A DNA stretch of 64,000 nt, from NCBI RefSeq assembly GCF_018350175.1, contig NC_058368.1, positions 46,192,001 through 46,256,000 of the forward strand, given 5' to 3'. Below the pieces are notes generated by a model. It was not told where the DNA came from. It made no database searches and saw only the letters and a program-made list of their open reading frames with translations. This document shows, in pieces, positions 25,371-39,350 of this stretch. Every line of letters begins with the position of its first letter. Positions within the stretch are counted from its first letter, which is position 1. Both the position numbers and the translations under genes were made by a program. The DNA is from Felis catus (Eukaryota).

Positions 25371-25628
25371 AACAGGAACCCATGGGGGAGGGGAAGAAAA
25401 AAAAAAACAGGTTAGAGTGGGAGAGAGCCAAAGCATAAGAGACTCTTAAAAACTGAGAACAAACTGAGGGTTGATGGGGGGTGGGAGGGAGGAGAGGGTG
25501 GGTGATGGGTATTGAGGAGGGCACCTTTTGGGATGAGCACTGGGTGTTGTATGGAAACCAATTTGTCAATAAATTTCATATAAAAAAATAAATTAATTAA
25601 AAAAATAAATAAAAAATAAAAAATAAAC
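25371..25628 (+). mobile_element. Felid L1 3' end (5'-truncated) with A-tail
   Basis: ccatgggggaggggaag...gagactcttaaaaactgagaacaaactgaggg...gatgagcactgggtgttgtatggaaaccaatttgtcaataaa plus an A-rich tail. Confidence 0.9.
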
Positions 25629-27309
25629 ATTTATGCTCTGTGTTTGAATCAATGCAGGCCATTTTACCCAAGATATATAGATGCTAGGTCATAAAAATTG
25701 GATATTATAACTAATACTCAAAAGTCCCAACATAGTAGGAATTTATTGTGGATAATAACTTATTTTGTGATTAAACAGGCTACTTACCTTGAAAATAAAG
25801 TTGGCGAGCATTGGTAAGACAAGTAATCTGATTGAAATAAATGAAACATAACATGAAAAGAATACCTGGTATCATATTTTACCTAGAGGAAAATGCATCC
25901 ATCCCTTTTCTCAATCCCTACACAAAATGTTTGACTCACAAAACATGAGTTATTCTCTAGATGAATGTATAGGTCGGGTCACTGTCACCACTTCGAGGGA
26001 CGGTGTCTAAGTCGGAACCCTCTTAATACCTGTTCCATGTCCACAACACATTAGAAGAGGCTCAACGAATCTTTTCTTGCTGAAAGTAAAATTTCCTATT
26101 CTAAAAAAATTACAAGCTCCTCTGGGACAACAGCTGAGTTTTTCACTTCAGTCATTACATCTAGCACAGTGCTTTGTGCAGAATAGAGACTTTATTAATG
26201 AATCTGTTTAAATGAATAGATGAGGATCAGTTCAGCTTTTATATACCACTTGTACATATTGAAGATAAATTTTAGCACCAAGCCTACACATGAGAAGTGA
26301 TAGTTTTTACAATGCCATTTACAATAACGTTTGAATTCGATTAACATCTCTACTTCCCATATTGTAAAAATGCAATCCACACACCTTTTATTTGTAATTT
26401 ACTCTCTTCTAGTAATAGTTGTTGTTCATATTGTAAATTTGCTAGTCCCAATGAGAACACATGGGAAAAATCTTAAATCATTACCCAGTTCCACTGACAT
26501 CCAAAGACTGTTTGATGCTCTAGTACAAGTCTTACTGGCACAAACATATGAAGACAGAAGACAAAAATGTGTTTGTAATGGTCACATAAACATTTTAAGC
26601 TTTTATTAGGGAAAAATCATGTTTTGTTAATTCAGTGAAATGATTTCTTTTGACAGAAAAAAAATCCATTTTCCATTCTCTTGGGAATGTTTAGAATATT
26701 AACAGAGATAGTAACCCAATATTTCTTCAAATGCAGCATTTTGGATTGATGAAAATGTGTATATATTATTAAACGATATTGGAACTTCAAAGTTTTTAAC
26801 GACGTTTTTTTCCAATGATAGAGATCGAAAGCAAAACACTAAGTTAGAGTTACAAATCTACACTCTCATAGATATGGGAATAATATATTTTGTTCCATCA
26901 ACATGTCTACTTTACATTATTCAGCACAAAGCTTTGTGAAATAAGAATCATGGGAATATAAGAATATAAAGGAAAAGGGTACAAATAACAGCTTCATAAA
27001 CTGAGAAATGTACATAAATAAATCATGTATATGTGGGCAGTTTGCTTAGCTGGCAAGAAACAAAATATGGAAAATCTGCTTGTTAAACAATAACTACAGA
27101 GTGTGCTTTTATGATGTTTTTCACCACAGTAATTCATATTAGAGATAGAAGCAGTTGCATGTTAAATAAAATCATTGAGCATTGTTCCCCTCGCATTGCA
27201 AAGAGCTGACTTATGTTGTTTTTAGATGCCTCCCATTAGAAAGTAAATATTCCTTCAATGCTATGCATTTCACAAAATTTAATAAAGACGAACTGTAAAT
27301 AAAGTCACA

Positions 27310-30039
27310 GGGAGATTTCAGACAGTTTTATTAGGAGATTGTTGAAAAGAAAAAAGAAAATTAAATACAATAACAGTAAACGTGGTTCTCACATTGAAAC
27401 CAGGCTCAAAGAACTAGGCTACCATAGAAAAATTTCCAATTCTTGCATTATGATGTAAAAACAGATTTTTGTACAGATTTTGTACAACAAAATTCGTAAT
27501 AACCTTTTATCATTTTTAGAAAACTTTAAATATATAGATAAAAATAGACAATTTTCATAGGTCCTACATGAAGATGAGTATGTTCTGTTCCAAGGGCTTG
27601 CATAGAGCGCAAATGTGGTTATAATATAGAACAACTAGACATTAATATTTTTAGGATTACAAAAGCATGGAAACCATAAAATGGGCACAATTTTACTTGT
27701 TTATACGAAAAAAACCCCAAAACAAACAAATTTCAAACCAACCTGTATAACTAAAAAAGGAAAAAAAAACTTAAGTTACAGACTTAAAATAACATTTCGT
27801 GAATTGTAATATTTACAACATGTTAGTAAGATTTTCTCTTAACATATAGCTGTAGCTTCTTTCTTTAATCCTTGCTAAAATTCCTTTTATATCAAACCAA
27901 ACACTAAAGCATTCTCAAAGGTCTTGAAAGTATGCATTTTAAAACTATTTAACCTACTTAACAGGTGACTCTATGCAAGGAGCAGAGCAATGGCTGATTC
28001 TACTACTTAGGTTCAGTCGTAGGCTTCTTAAAAAATCTTTTAAAAAATGTATGATTCAAAAGCTTGCCACAAGTCCCTCCAATTTTAAGTGTTGTAATCC
28101 TTTAAAGACTGCATCCAGGGAAAAGCAAGAAATACAGACAACAAGGAATAGAATCTCTTGTGCTCAAACAACAAAAGATGGTTATGGAAGAACTATGCAT
28201 AGGAAACCAAGTTTCTACAAAGCATTTACTAAGAGTATTTTAAATAAAAATATCGCTCCCTTTCAAGCAAGCTAAAATAGGAACTGTATACATAACTTTA
28301 TTATTGTATTAAAAAATGGACTCAGCTGGTTAATAGTGAACTACACAAAAGAAATATGTTCCAGTATTGCAAGGAAGACCTAAAAACTATAGAAGCTTAG
28401 TGCCAGAGTATCTACGGTGTTAATTTTTCTTAACCGAATAATTAATACCGAATTGGAACTATCTTTAAACGTTTTTAAGCTAGCTTTCTTGGACATTTAG
28501 GATTTTGCTATTTATGGTAATAAATAATGTTATGATCATAAAATCTTAAGATGACAGCAAAATCATAAAATGTACAGTGACTGTACTGATTCATAATATC
28601 AGTCTTTAAAGGTGTAACTCCAGATTAGTAAAAACAAAGAGAAGGTAACTTCAGTGGGTAATAAGCACTGTTTGCAGCTTTACTTCCAGTTATCTGCACA
28701 AAAGTGAAAACACATACTGTAACTTTCAAAAAGACAGTGAAAATAACACATAGGCACCCTTCCCTCTGACCAGGGGGGGAAGCACAACACATTTTAACTT
28801 TATCACTCAGCGCTACATGGTATTGGACTGATACATCAAGGGTTTGTTAGGTTTTGTTTTTCAGCAACATTAACATAATATGACATTAACATATAAAAAT
28901 ATTTCTGGTGTTTTGATTTACTGTTCAGCCACAATCCATTCTCAATAGTGCAGTTTGGGGCACTAACTAGGGTTCAATATACAAATAAAAGTGGCTGACA
29001 CAGAGTTCTGATGTCACCAGATGCTTAAGATCTCATTCATTAATACTGTGACTCCAGACAAATATTTACATGCCTGCATGCGTTAAAACCAGAAAGATGT
29101 CTTTCTGACTAACAGGGTGACAAAACATATTTTCTAAAATTCTCATTTTCCTAAACTCTAGTATACTACTGCATACATAATACCTTCCTTGTATGTTTTA
29201 TGTTTATATACTGTACATGTGACCAACAGTTTGAATAAGAAGCATCATTATTATTTTAAATTCTATATACCACTACCAGTTTGGAATGAAAACATGTTAC
29301 ATTTATTTTTTTTTTAAGAAAAAAGACCTTCAGTGAAACCTTTTGGCGTATATTCAATGCTTCTTTTCAGATATGCAAAATGTTATTTCACTGGGTTGTT
29401 GTCAACATCCATTTGTTGGTCTTTTGGAATATGTGAAAAAAATCTTCAGGAGAAAACCCACAATTAGTTTAAAATCAAATGTAATAGAATATTACTCTTT
29501 GATTTATTGATTTTTTTGTGTTTTTTGTGTTTTTTTGTTTTTTTTTGTTTTGTTTTTTGTTTTTTTTTTTTTTTTAGGAATCCTCTATGCCCCCTACAAG
29601 TTCATTTCCAAGTGTTCTTGCTGGTTTCTGGAGGACATAATTCTGTAAGTCTGGGTGACCACTGCTATAAGAGTCTCTTGATGTGCTCAGATACAGAATT
29701 TTCAGAGGAAGAAAATGGTTCATTCCATTAAAAAAAACAAAGCTAGGTCTTATTCAGACCTGTCTTTAACTCAGTATACAAGTGTCCAGCAGCAAAGTTG
29801 CAGTTATTAACTGTAAGAAGTTGATACTTGTACATTTACAAACATTCTCAGGTCTCTGGTATGAACCACAGGTGAAAATCAATGGAGGAAACTTTGTAGA
29901 ATACTTAAACTTTTAAAGAACATTAATACACAAAATTGAGGAAGTTCCCGTAAAAGGACTTTATTTTTTCTGAACTTTCAAATGACGAATGTCTGCAAAG
30001 TTCTTTACTATAACATGGAATTTCTTCAACAGGAAAGAT
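27310..30039 (-). other. DACH1: DACH1 3'UTR (~2.7 kb)
   Basis: AU-rich stretch free of recognisable interspersed repeats after the stop codon, ending at minus-strand AATAAA (27332-27327) followed by U/GU-rich sequence. The cleavage site is approximate. Confidence 0.8.
27327..27332 (-). promoter_or_regulatory. Probable major DACH1 polyadenylation signal AATAAA
   Basis: Plus-strand tttatt. The downstream minus-strand sequence is gactttatttacagttcgtctttatt (U-rich element). Confidence 0.7.
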
Positions 30040-30077
30040 TCAGTACATGACAGTAGTTTTCAAATACAGTCTTCCAT
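30040..30077 (-). CDS. DACH1: DACH1 terminal exon, coding part
   Basis: Acceptor ttattgttcatttttag|ATGGAAGACTGTATTTGAAAACTACTGTCATGTACTGA gives (D)GRLYLKTTVMY*, the known DACH1 C-terminus. Stop TGA at 30042-30040. Confidence 0.96.
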
Positions 30078-31691
30078 CTAAAAATGAACAATAAAAAATA
30101 ATTAATTACATGACATTTGGGAGACAAATGTGAATATAATAACTAAGTAGGCTGCTATAAAATTTGTGTATCTTATTCTATCTTCATTTGTTTAGGAAGT
30201 AACATTTTTCACATATTCTCAATGTTAATTTCAAAATTACATGGAGTTTATGTGATCAAAAAGAATACAGAGTTTCTCATAAATATATATTTGCTATTTT
30301 GATATCAGTTCCAGAGCACTCAGAAAATAAATAAGTGTGTGTGTGTGTGTGTTACTGATATGCAAAGCTAGTTGATTTCTGTTGAATGACAATTACTTCC
30401 TCCAAGCTTGCAGAAACAAAGCCTCTCTGAATGCACTCAGGTGTATCTCCATCAAGAAAAACTAAGCTCCCATCATACTCCTTAGCAGTGTTGTTAAATA
30501 TACCATGTAATGTAACAATTGTGCACATTTGTTGCTATTTATATGAAAGCCACCTAGGTTATTTCATCACTATCAATGAGCTATATAGTCTTTCCTCCTT
30601 GAAATGAAATTAACCAAATAATTAAATGGTAAGATGGAAATATATTACTCAACTTTTACCAACTGAGAAACTCACAGTCATGTGAAAAAGAAAAGCAAGT
30701 CAAATATTGGACACATTCAATAAACACATTTGAATGAGGCAAAATAAGAAACGGGAAATTAAAAATCCAGAGGGAAAAAAAAAACAAAATGTAAACTCAT
30801 TTCTCAACTGTAACACCCTCTAAACTGCCAACATTGTGGTGTGGACTAAACTTTGGATATATAGTGAAACCTTGGATTGCGGGTAACCTGTTCTGCAAGT
30901 GTTCTACATGACCAGCAATCATTTCTAATAAATTTTAACTTGATAAATGAGTGATGTCTTACAATACCAGTAGTATGTGACACTGAACGTCACATGATCA
31001 CAAATGAGGCAAAGGTTCTTGAAATTCGCTTTGATATACGAGTGCTTTGGATTACAAGTATGTTTCCGAAATGAATAACACTCACAAACCAAAGTTTTAC
31101 TGTACTTATAGAAAATATATCTAAATTCCAAGTTTTAAGACCTACAGTAGAAGGTAATCTGAAAATAAAATTTTCCAAGCATTTTTAAAAATGCATATTG
31201 CCATGTAAATGTTTGCAAAATGACTGATACCTTCAAAAGCTGAAATATAAGGAAACAGAAATCACCTACACTAAATCCAGCAAATAGAAATATATAGTCC
31301 AAATATTTGCAGATCCTCATCTTTAACACTAAGCTAATTGCATTCTCTCACATGACCTGTAGTAGACATAGTAATCAGTAAGGAACTTAAAATCAATGTT
31401 AAATAGTTTTTTACTTAGAAATATTGGTGTGCCCAAATTTCTACAGTTCTACTATGTTTTATTTTAGCCTAAATTGTCAGTTGTACCTCTCAGATGTCAC
31501 AGACTCTGTTTTGTTCATTGATATATCCCAATGACCTGGCACATGTTCAATAAACATGTGTTGAGTGAATGAATGAATCAGAGACAGGTTTTGTGAGATT
31601 ACACAAAATAGATATTGAAATAAATAAATCACATAAATATAAATACACATTTAACTTATTATACTGTTATCATTTAAAATCCACCATTTGC

Positions 31692-31910
31692 ATGGCTCAG
31701 TCGGTTAAGCGTCTGACTTTGGCTCAGGTCATGATCTTGGGGTCCGTGAGTTCCAACCCCGCGTCAGGCTCTGTGCTGACAGCTCAGAGCCTGGAGCCTG
31801 TTTCCGATTCTGTGTCTCCCTCTCTCTCTGCCCCTCCCCCGTTCAAGCTCTGTCTCTCTCTGTCTCAAAAATAAATAAATGTTAAAAAATGTTTAAAAAA
31901 ATAAATAAAA
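31692..31910 (+). mobile_element. CanSINE (SINEC_Fc), slightly 5'-truncated
   Basis: Perfect 17-bp TSD taaaatccaccatttgc (31675-31691, 31911-31927). Confidence 0.93.
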
Positions 31911-31979
31911 TAAAATCCACCATTTGCCTTCAGCAACATGCAAAAGAATGTCCGTGAGATTACTCTCATACTGGCTATT

Positions 31980-32232
31980 TTTTTTGTTGTTGTTGTTAGT
32001 TATCTATTATTTATTTATTTATTTAGAGTAAGAGAGAGAGAGCATGTGTGCGCGCTCACACCCAAGCAAGCCAGGGAGGGGCAGAGAGAGAGGGAAAGTG
32101 AATCCCAAGCAGGTCCCATGCTGTCAGCACTGAGTCCAAAGTGGGGTTCGATCCTACAAACCATGAGATCATGACCTGAACCAAAATCAAGAGTTGACAC
32201 ATAAACTGACTGAGTCACCCAGGTACCGCCCC
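31980..32232 (-). mobile_element. CanSINE
   Basis: Reverse SINEC body with flanks catactggcta/catacttgcta. Confidence 0.9.
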
Positions 32233-33047
32233 CCACACCCCATACTTGCTAATTTCTAATAAGGTGTATCAAGTATTGGTTGTCTCTGTAAAATCAATCC
32301 AGTTAAACTTTAATAACAATATTTATTGGAAGTCTCTAAATAATCAATCAATAATCATGTATCAGCAAACTTTAATATGTGAAACATATAATAATGACAA
32401 TGACTGTCTGTTCCCCATAAATAGCATACACATTTGGATATATGATATAATCTGAGATTCGCCAATGCAAACATATTATTAATCCAACTGAACACTATTT
32501 TTGAACAATGACTTAAAGGCATACAAAACTATGCTGGATAATCATCCTAGATATGCTGTCTAAAAACATTTTACCTCCTGGCCTGTAATGATAATCTTTC
32601 ATTAATACTAAATATTACTATAACTCAGAAGTAGCTATTACACTATTACAGCAAATATAGAAATTTCCTAAATCAAATATTAATCAAATACCAATATCAA
32701 AACCATAACATTTTGATGAAAATTTCTTTCTAAGTAAGGATATGACAGTACTATATTAACAGATTATAAAATATTTATTGTTTTTGCATGGAACATGGTG
32801 TGATTTCTTCTGTTTGCTTGGCTTGATTACAGCCACCTCTGAGACAAAACTAATTTTCTCACTTACATCATACATAAATATACCATCTATATACACATTA
32901 TATATATATATGTAACTTTCTAGTTTCAGTTTAGCAGGAGTTCCTAATAATTACTTTGTAAATAATCCGAATAAACTTGGTATTATAAAATAAGCTAAAA
33001 TTTCAGCCTTTCATATATTTAGTACAATGTGGCTAACAATTGGACAC

Positions 33048-33269
33048 TTTTATTTTTTTTTAAGTTTTTTTATTTACTATTGAGAAACAGAGAGAGACAG
33101 AGCATGAGTATGGGAGGGGCAGAGAGAGGAGGAGACACAGAATCCGAAGCAGGCTCCAGGCTCTGAGCTGTCAGCACAGAGCCTGATGCAGGGCTCGAAC
33201 TCACAAACTGTGAGATCATGACCTGAGTCAAAGTCAGACACTTAACTGACTGAGCCACCCAGGCGCCCC
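33048..33269 (-). mobile_element. CanSINE (SINEC_Fc)
   Basis: Full body with TSD acaattggac (33036-33045, 33270-33279). Confidence 0.93.
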
Positions 33270-34124
33270 ACAATTGGACCTTTTTAAAGATAACTTTGAT
33301 CCTAATGATTTTTTACTACATAAAGCAACATACATTTTATAAAAATCTAGCAATAGAGGATTCAGAAGCAACCTAAAAAGCAGAGTACTAATATTTTTAC
33401 CAAAGTTTCTAATTCTTAGCCTTTAATTACTTTATCCCTACTTTCTCCTTTTAGCTATCTCATCATTTCTGCTATGTAGTCGATTATGTTGAGAGTATCG
33501 TTCCCATTCTTACTTTAAGGAAACACAAAACAAAACAAACAAAAAAAACACAATGTTTCCTAGCATTCCAGCATTAGATATTTGGACAAGAGACATTCTC
33601 AACTTCTTCCAAATTCAAATATCTAGTATTTTCCTCTCTAATCTTATCTGTTACCATTCTCCCCTCATTCCATGACCGTGACTCTCCTGTTCATTCTATG
33701 ACACACCAAGCTCTGTGCTGTGTTGGAGTATTTAGTCCTGTTCTTCCTTTCAGAAACCTAGAAGATAAGTACTTCCTCCTTTCCTGATTCCCTTCCTGCT
33801 CTCCTCTATGGAACTTCTCTAAACAGAGAGCTCCTATTTATTCTCCAGTACAAATATTCTCCTGGGTATCTCCAGTACCCTAGGAATTAAATCCATAATA
33901 CTTGTCTCACTTTGAAGTTGCATTTGGGAGCCTACTACATGGTGAGATCCACACAAGCAGCAGCCTTGTATCAGTATTACTCCCATCAGTATTAGAATGA
34001 TAGTGTTCAGCATGATGCTTGCCTTAAAAGTTTAAAGCAATCCCACATGTTAAACTTTTGGGGAAATGAATCAATATATTAACATAACAAAAATAATTAT
34101 CTTTGGCATGCTAGAAATTTATTT

Positions 34125-34238
34125 CTTATTTTTTTTTTATCTTTCTAAAGTAGATTCCATGCCTCATGTGGGGCTTGAACATATGACTCCAGGATCAAGA
34201 GGTGTATGCTTTATCAACTGAGTCAGCCAGGTGCCCCC
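34125..34238 (-). mobile_element. Short, older CanSINE
   Basis: aagtagattccatgcc...gggcttgaac...gatcaaga...actgagtcagccaggtgcccc. Confidence 0.75.
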
Positions 34239-34274
34239 AGGATAAAAATTTCAAAGTCTATCTGAAACCAAGTT

Positions 34275-34522
34275 TTATTTATTTTTATTTTTTGAAACTT
34301 TCTTTTTAATTTTATTTATTTATTTTGAGAGAGAGAAAGCACGGACACAAGATGAGGAGGGGAGGGGAAGAGAGAGAGAGAGAGAGAGAGAGAATCCCAA
34401 GCAGGCTCCATGCCATCAGCACAGAGCCTGATGCAGGGCTTGATCCAAAGGACTGTGAGATCATAACCTGAGCTGAGATCAAGAGTTGGGCACTTAACTG
34501 ACTGAGCCACCCAGGCGCCCCT
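34275..34522 (-). mobile_element. CanSINE
   Basis: T-tail, (GA)n and head actgagccacccaggcgcccc. Confidence 0.92.
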
Positions 34523-37500
34523 GAAATTAATTTTAAAATTAAACTATATTCATTTAAAAGTATAAAAGAAATAATTATTTTGTAAGCATCTTTACCATAG
34601 ATCATATATGAAATACATTTATAAAATTATATGCATTATATTTATGTGCTCAGTATCTGATCTACTATAATTCCATTTTTAATAAATGACTCCTTGCATT
34701 TTTGACTAATGTTCCTAACAGATGGACAAATGCATCAAGCATTAAAGATGCCAGCTATAAAACAGACCCCACCTGCTACAGTTAAGGCCGTTTCATGATT
34801 AAATAATACGTAGGCCTCAGAGATTATCTGCCTTAGAATTAACTGGAAGCAGATATACACCAGGCAACGACAGACCCTGAAGAGTAACTCACTCTCCTTT
34901 TGACTGCAAAGCTTAACTTTCAAATCAGTTCTACTTTGTGATTTTGTCACATTTATTGAAACATACTTACAGATAATTCAAAGACTGTAAGGAAAAAAAA
35001 AGTTTTAACTAATTTTATATTGTTCCAGAGAAGTTAAACTGGTCTGCAATCCACAGCAAACAGCCCCACGTGTTATGTACCCAGAGAGCTAACAACAGGC
35101 CTCTGAATTATGGGACCACAGGTCTATCTCAGGCTTTTGATAACAAACCACCTGAGTGAAAGTAGAATGGTAAGGGTGCTAGGAAAGATATATGGGCCCA
35201 TAATTCAAACTGACTATGTTTTTATGTTATATAATAATGGTTTCAATACTTCCCTTCCTTGAGTCTTGAAACAGCACACAAAGCCATGGGGCCATAGAGA
35301 AGGCCCTACAAAAACGAGCTACCGAATGAAGGTCATTATGATTGCTGGAGTACTTCCACAGCTAAGACTTTGTTATGCAGAGGTGTGTGGTTTGATCTGC
35401 AAACTCAGAGGTCTAATTTATATATTTTGTTTTAAGGGCTGCCCTTTGTGCATTCTACTCACCTTCTAACTAGACAATCTCACACCTATCCACCCTTTCT
35501 CATATTGTATTTATCTATTTCTACATGTGGTGACCACGGAAAGATAGTTTTCTGTTTCTTCCTGATGCCAGGTTTACCAAACAATTATTCCTTGATATCT
35601 CGAATGGATGAGAGCTTTTCTTTAAGATCACCTAAATTAGCAATAAAGCAAATGATGATTATTATTAGCATAGTTAATATTTTCTGAGCACTTGTGTTCA
35701 AGGCACTTACAGATTTTAACTCTCAACTTCCCAACAACTGAACATAATAGGTCTTCTCAGTGCCTTTTAAAAGTAGGCTACTAAGCTTGAAAAACTTAAG
35801 TCTCTTGCACATTTTCACAGAGTTTGCAAGTAGTGATTTGATATTTGTGTGAATCCAAATTTCACATCCATTCCACTATGTCGCTTCCCTTTAATAAGCA
35901 ATTGGACCCTCACTGGAGGAAATACAATGTCTCTGACTTGTAGAGGTAAGAGATTGAGTCTCAGTACCATTAGCCTTCCTGCCTTGTGGATCTATTCCTC
36001 GTTGTATTCCCCAAGACAGGGTCTTTCTTTTGGTGTGCAGAATTTCAACTGAATAAATTGAAACAAGAACTAGAATTCTGATGGTTCGATTTAAAAAAAA
36101 ATCCTCCTTTAACACTATGATTATTTGCTTTTGTATGGGAGTTTGATATGACAGAAAAATCATCAAGCTACACTTTGTGCATGGGAGTACTTAATTAAAA
36201 AGTCTGTTCTAATTAAGAGCATTGGGGAGTAGGGAGTGAATGAAACGATTTAAATTACAAATTCCTAATAGTTCCAAAGTTCATTGTGATTTGATGCTTA
36301 CAGCTATAATTTGGTGTGTAAGAAATTATCTACATCACAGAATAGTTTACTGCAGGTGTAAAGTTTTGTATGATATTTATCGTTACAATGAAGATTTAGC
36401 TCTATAGATAATGAGTTAAATTTTTAAAAATTCCTCGTAAAAATGGATCTCAGGTTTTAATAGTAAAGTTGAAGCCATCAGATCAGATCATTAAGCAGAT
36501 AGTATATACCATTAAATGTATTATTTGCTGTGGTTGAGGAAGAAATAGGGAATCTGTCACAAAATTTCCAATTTTGGTTTGTTTTGTGTTCATGTATTAA
36601 TTTTACTGTTTTGATATAATGCTTTTGCAGGTATTATTATATGTAGTTATTGGAAATATCTAATACATATAGACAGACATAGAATTTTGCTTTATTTCTA
36701 CATATATTCTAAAACTAGCGTATCGAATAGCTTGATCATTTATTTTTAAAACTAACAAAACTTGTTCAATAACAACAACATTATATAATAAGATTTTATA
36801 CTAGAAGATAGCATACAAGTTGGAACAATTTCAAATTGCTTAGTTGGGTGACACCAGAAATCCAATTCTTTCATTGTATGAAAAAGGGAGTCTGCTAGTG
36901 AAAGGTATTGTATAATGTGCAAATAGATATATATTCCAGTTTTGAATAGAACTCCCTTGCAAATATCCACAAGGATCTCTTACATGTTTTTTTGCACAAA
37001 GGGCTTAATAAATTACATTTCCTGTTAGGAAGTAGCTTTATTAAAAATGGCATCTATTTTTTTTCAAAACTTATATCCAGACACCTGTAATCTAACAAAA
37101 TTTGCTGCTTTCACAAAACAGTTGTATGTACACATATCTCACTACTCCAGAGCTGAGGAAAATATTAACATGACAGAGGCAAACATATAAGATCATGTAT
37201 CCAGAAACTTTAATATTTACTTAAAGACTATTAGGTTAATATTAGCCCTGAGCCTCTCTCAACATCATGTCTTAATCATACAAAGTAAGAGAAACCAAAA
37301 CAAGTGATGAAAACAAATGTTAATGATTCATGTGATATTTGATAAGACAACGAGAGGAAGTCAAAATAAAAGCAAACAAACAGGAACAGATGGGAAGGAT
37401 CTTTGTCAAGTCATAACCCCTCTTCTAAAACCCCCAAAGGAAGAAGCTAATTAAAGAAAATATTGTTTCTTGCTTTTTTTTATAACTTTATATTTAGAGT

Positions 37501-38076
37501 AAGAACATTCTGCGACTGCTAAAGCAAAGAAGCAGAGACACAAAGTCTACATTTACATGAGAAATATTTTAAGAGAGATTGATGTTCAGTAGAGGCCCTT
37601 TTATGAGAGGATTCTGAGTAAATATCATTTCTTCTCATGAAATGCAGTTAACTAACGGTCCAAGAAATTTCCAGAAGTTATATTGAAGGTTGTGTTCAAA
37701 TATAATTAAAGAGTAAAAACTGAAAAATTTACAACAGATTTTGAATTTTATGTAACTCGGGGTTATGGCTGCGTAACGTGAGGCCCACAGAGGTGGGTCA
37801 AAGTGAGAGAGAACTGGACCCCAGATCCTTTTGGAATGCTTTCTGCATAAGTACCTAGTGCTATTCTAGAGAGTGGGCATAGGCTGTGTATACAAGAGCA
37901 CTGCAACAAGTGTATTCTGTCTATACAAGCCAAATATACTAGTACAAGCTGTAGGTAATATGCTACCTAAAGAAACAATATGGCCCAGCTCATTAGAAAT
38001 CAGAGCAGATAATATCATGTTTATTACTAGGCTAGTATGAAGTAAAGCTCTTGATTGTAGTTAATAGTGATGACAA

Positions 38077-38272
38077 GGGGAGCCTGTGTGGCTCAGTTGG
38101 TTAAGCTTCTGGATTCGGCTCAGGTCATGATCTCAGAGTTCCTGAGTTCCAGCCCCACACTGGGCTCTCTGCTCTCAGCGTGGAGCCCGTTTTGGAACCT
38201 CTTCCTCCCTTTCTCTATGCCCCTTCTCTTTCTCTCTCCCCCTCTCTCAAAAATAAACAAACATTTTAAAAA
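38077..38272 (+). mobile_element. CanSINE
   Basis: ggggagcctgtgtggctcagttggttaagc...ctctcaaaaataaac. Confidence 0.88.
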
Positions 38273-39350
38273 ATGACACAAAAAGTACAATCAAAAACTG
38301 CTTTTATATATTTCTCAGTTTCCTTCAAAGAAGAAAGTAAATGACAGACCACAGTCTAGTTTAAAACATGTTCTTAGAAGATCATCTAAAGCTATAATAT
38401 ACAGATTGAAAGGTAACTAAGCTTTAGTCAAAGATAATAAAAGGGAAACTCTGTCCATTCCTTGTGAAGGAATTTTGTATCAGACTTTAGGTAAGCACAA
38501 GAATCAAGGAGGGACCCAAACTTTGGCAATTCAACAACTTGAAGCAGGTGGAACTGGACTGTAGGTTTTGTGTGGCTAGAAAGGATCATCATTGGGCAAG
38601 CTGGTCTACTCACAACATCCTTTCTAAATAGGATGCTAAATAGACAAACCAGTAATGAAAGCTGGGCTGAAAATATGCAGGGAAGGCATCTGAAGATCTA
38701 CAGATAACTATGGTTAATCTCCGCTGGCTTGAAGTTATTTAGTCAACTCCAGCCCTAGGCAAAATACTTTCCCAAATGGCTAGATCAGCTTAAAGTATTT
38801 CATTTCCTCTGAGAAGTGACATTCTTGCTGTCTGTATCTTAAAGAATAGGCTCTGCCTGAATTTTAGGCTCAGTGATGATGTTGATGCTCTCTGTGGACA
38901 AAGAAGAATTTGTTACCAGAGATTAAGATAATGCTGCTTTACTGGATGCTAAAGGTCTTTTATTCTGCAACTCAAGAATCTTCCCCAGTGGGGTAGAAAT
39001 CTGGACCCTGTGGTTCCATTAACTGATATCTATGTAGGAGCTCAATGTTCTTAAAACCATACCTCCATGACCACAACCAAACAAAATTGATTAAAAAATC
39101 ATCATCATCAATTGTCTGCTGCTTATCTATGCAACAGGGAACAGGCCATTCTGTACTTAATGTTAAGAAATCATCCCTCTGACAAAATGTTTTAACTATG
39201 AATAATCACCTATACTCATGGAGAGGGTTTGGATCCCATATATTGTATTACTAGAACCTAAGTGTTGATACAACTGTGAGTCATAGGATTCAAACTTGTC
39301 CCCTCAAGTTGCTTTTACTATGCCAACACTTAAAAAGCTTCGCTATCCTA

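Noticed and set aside
27973..28275. 100-aa plus-strand ORF
   Set aside because: Antisense to the DACH1 3'UTR; no recognisable homology or splice structure.
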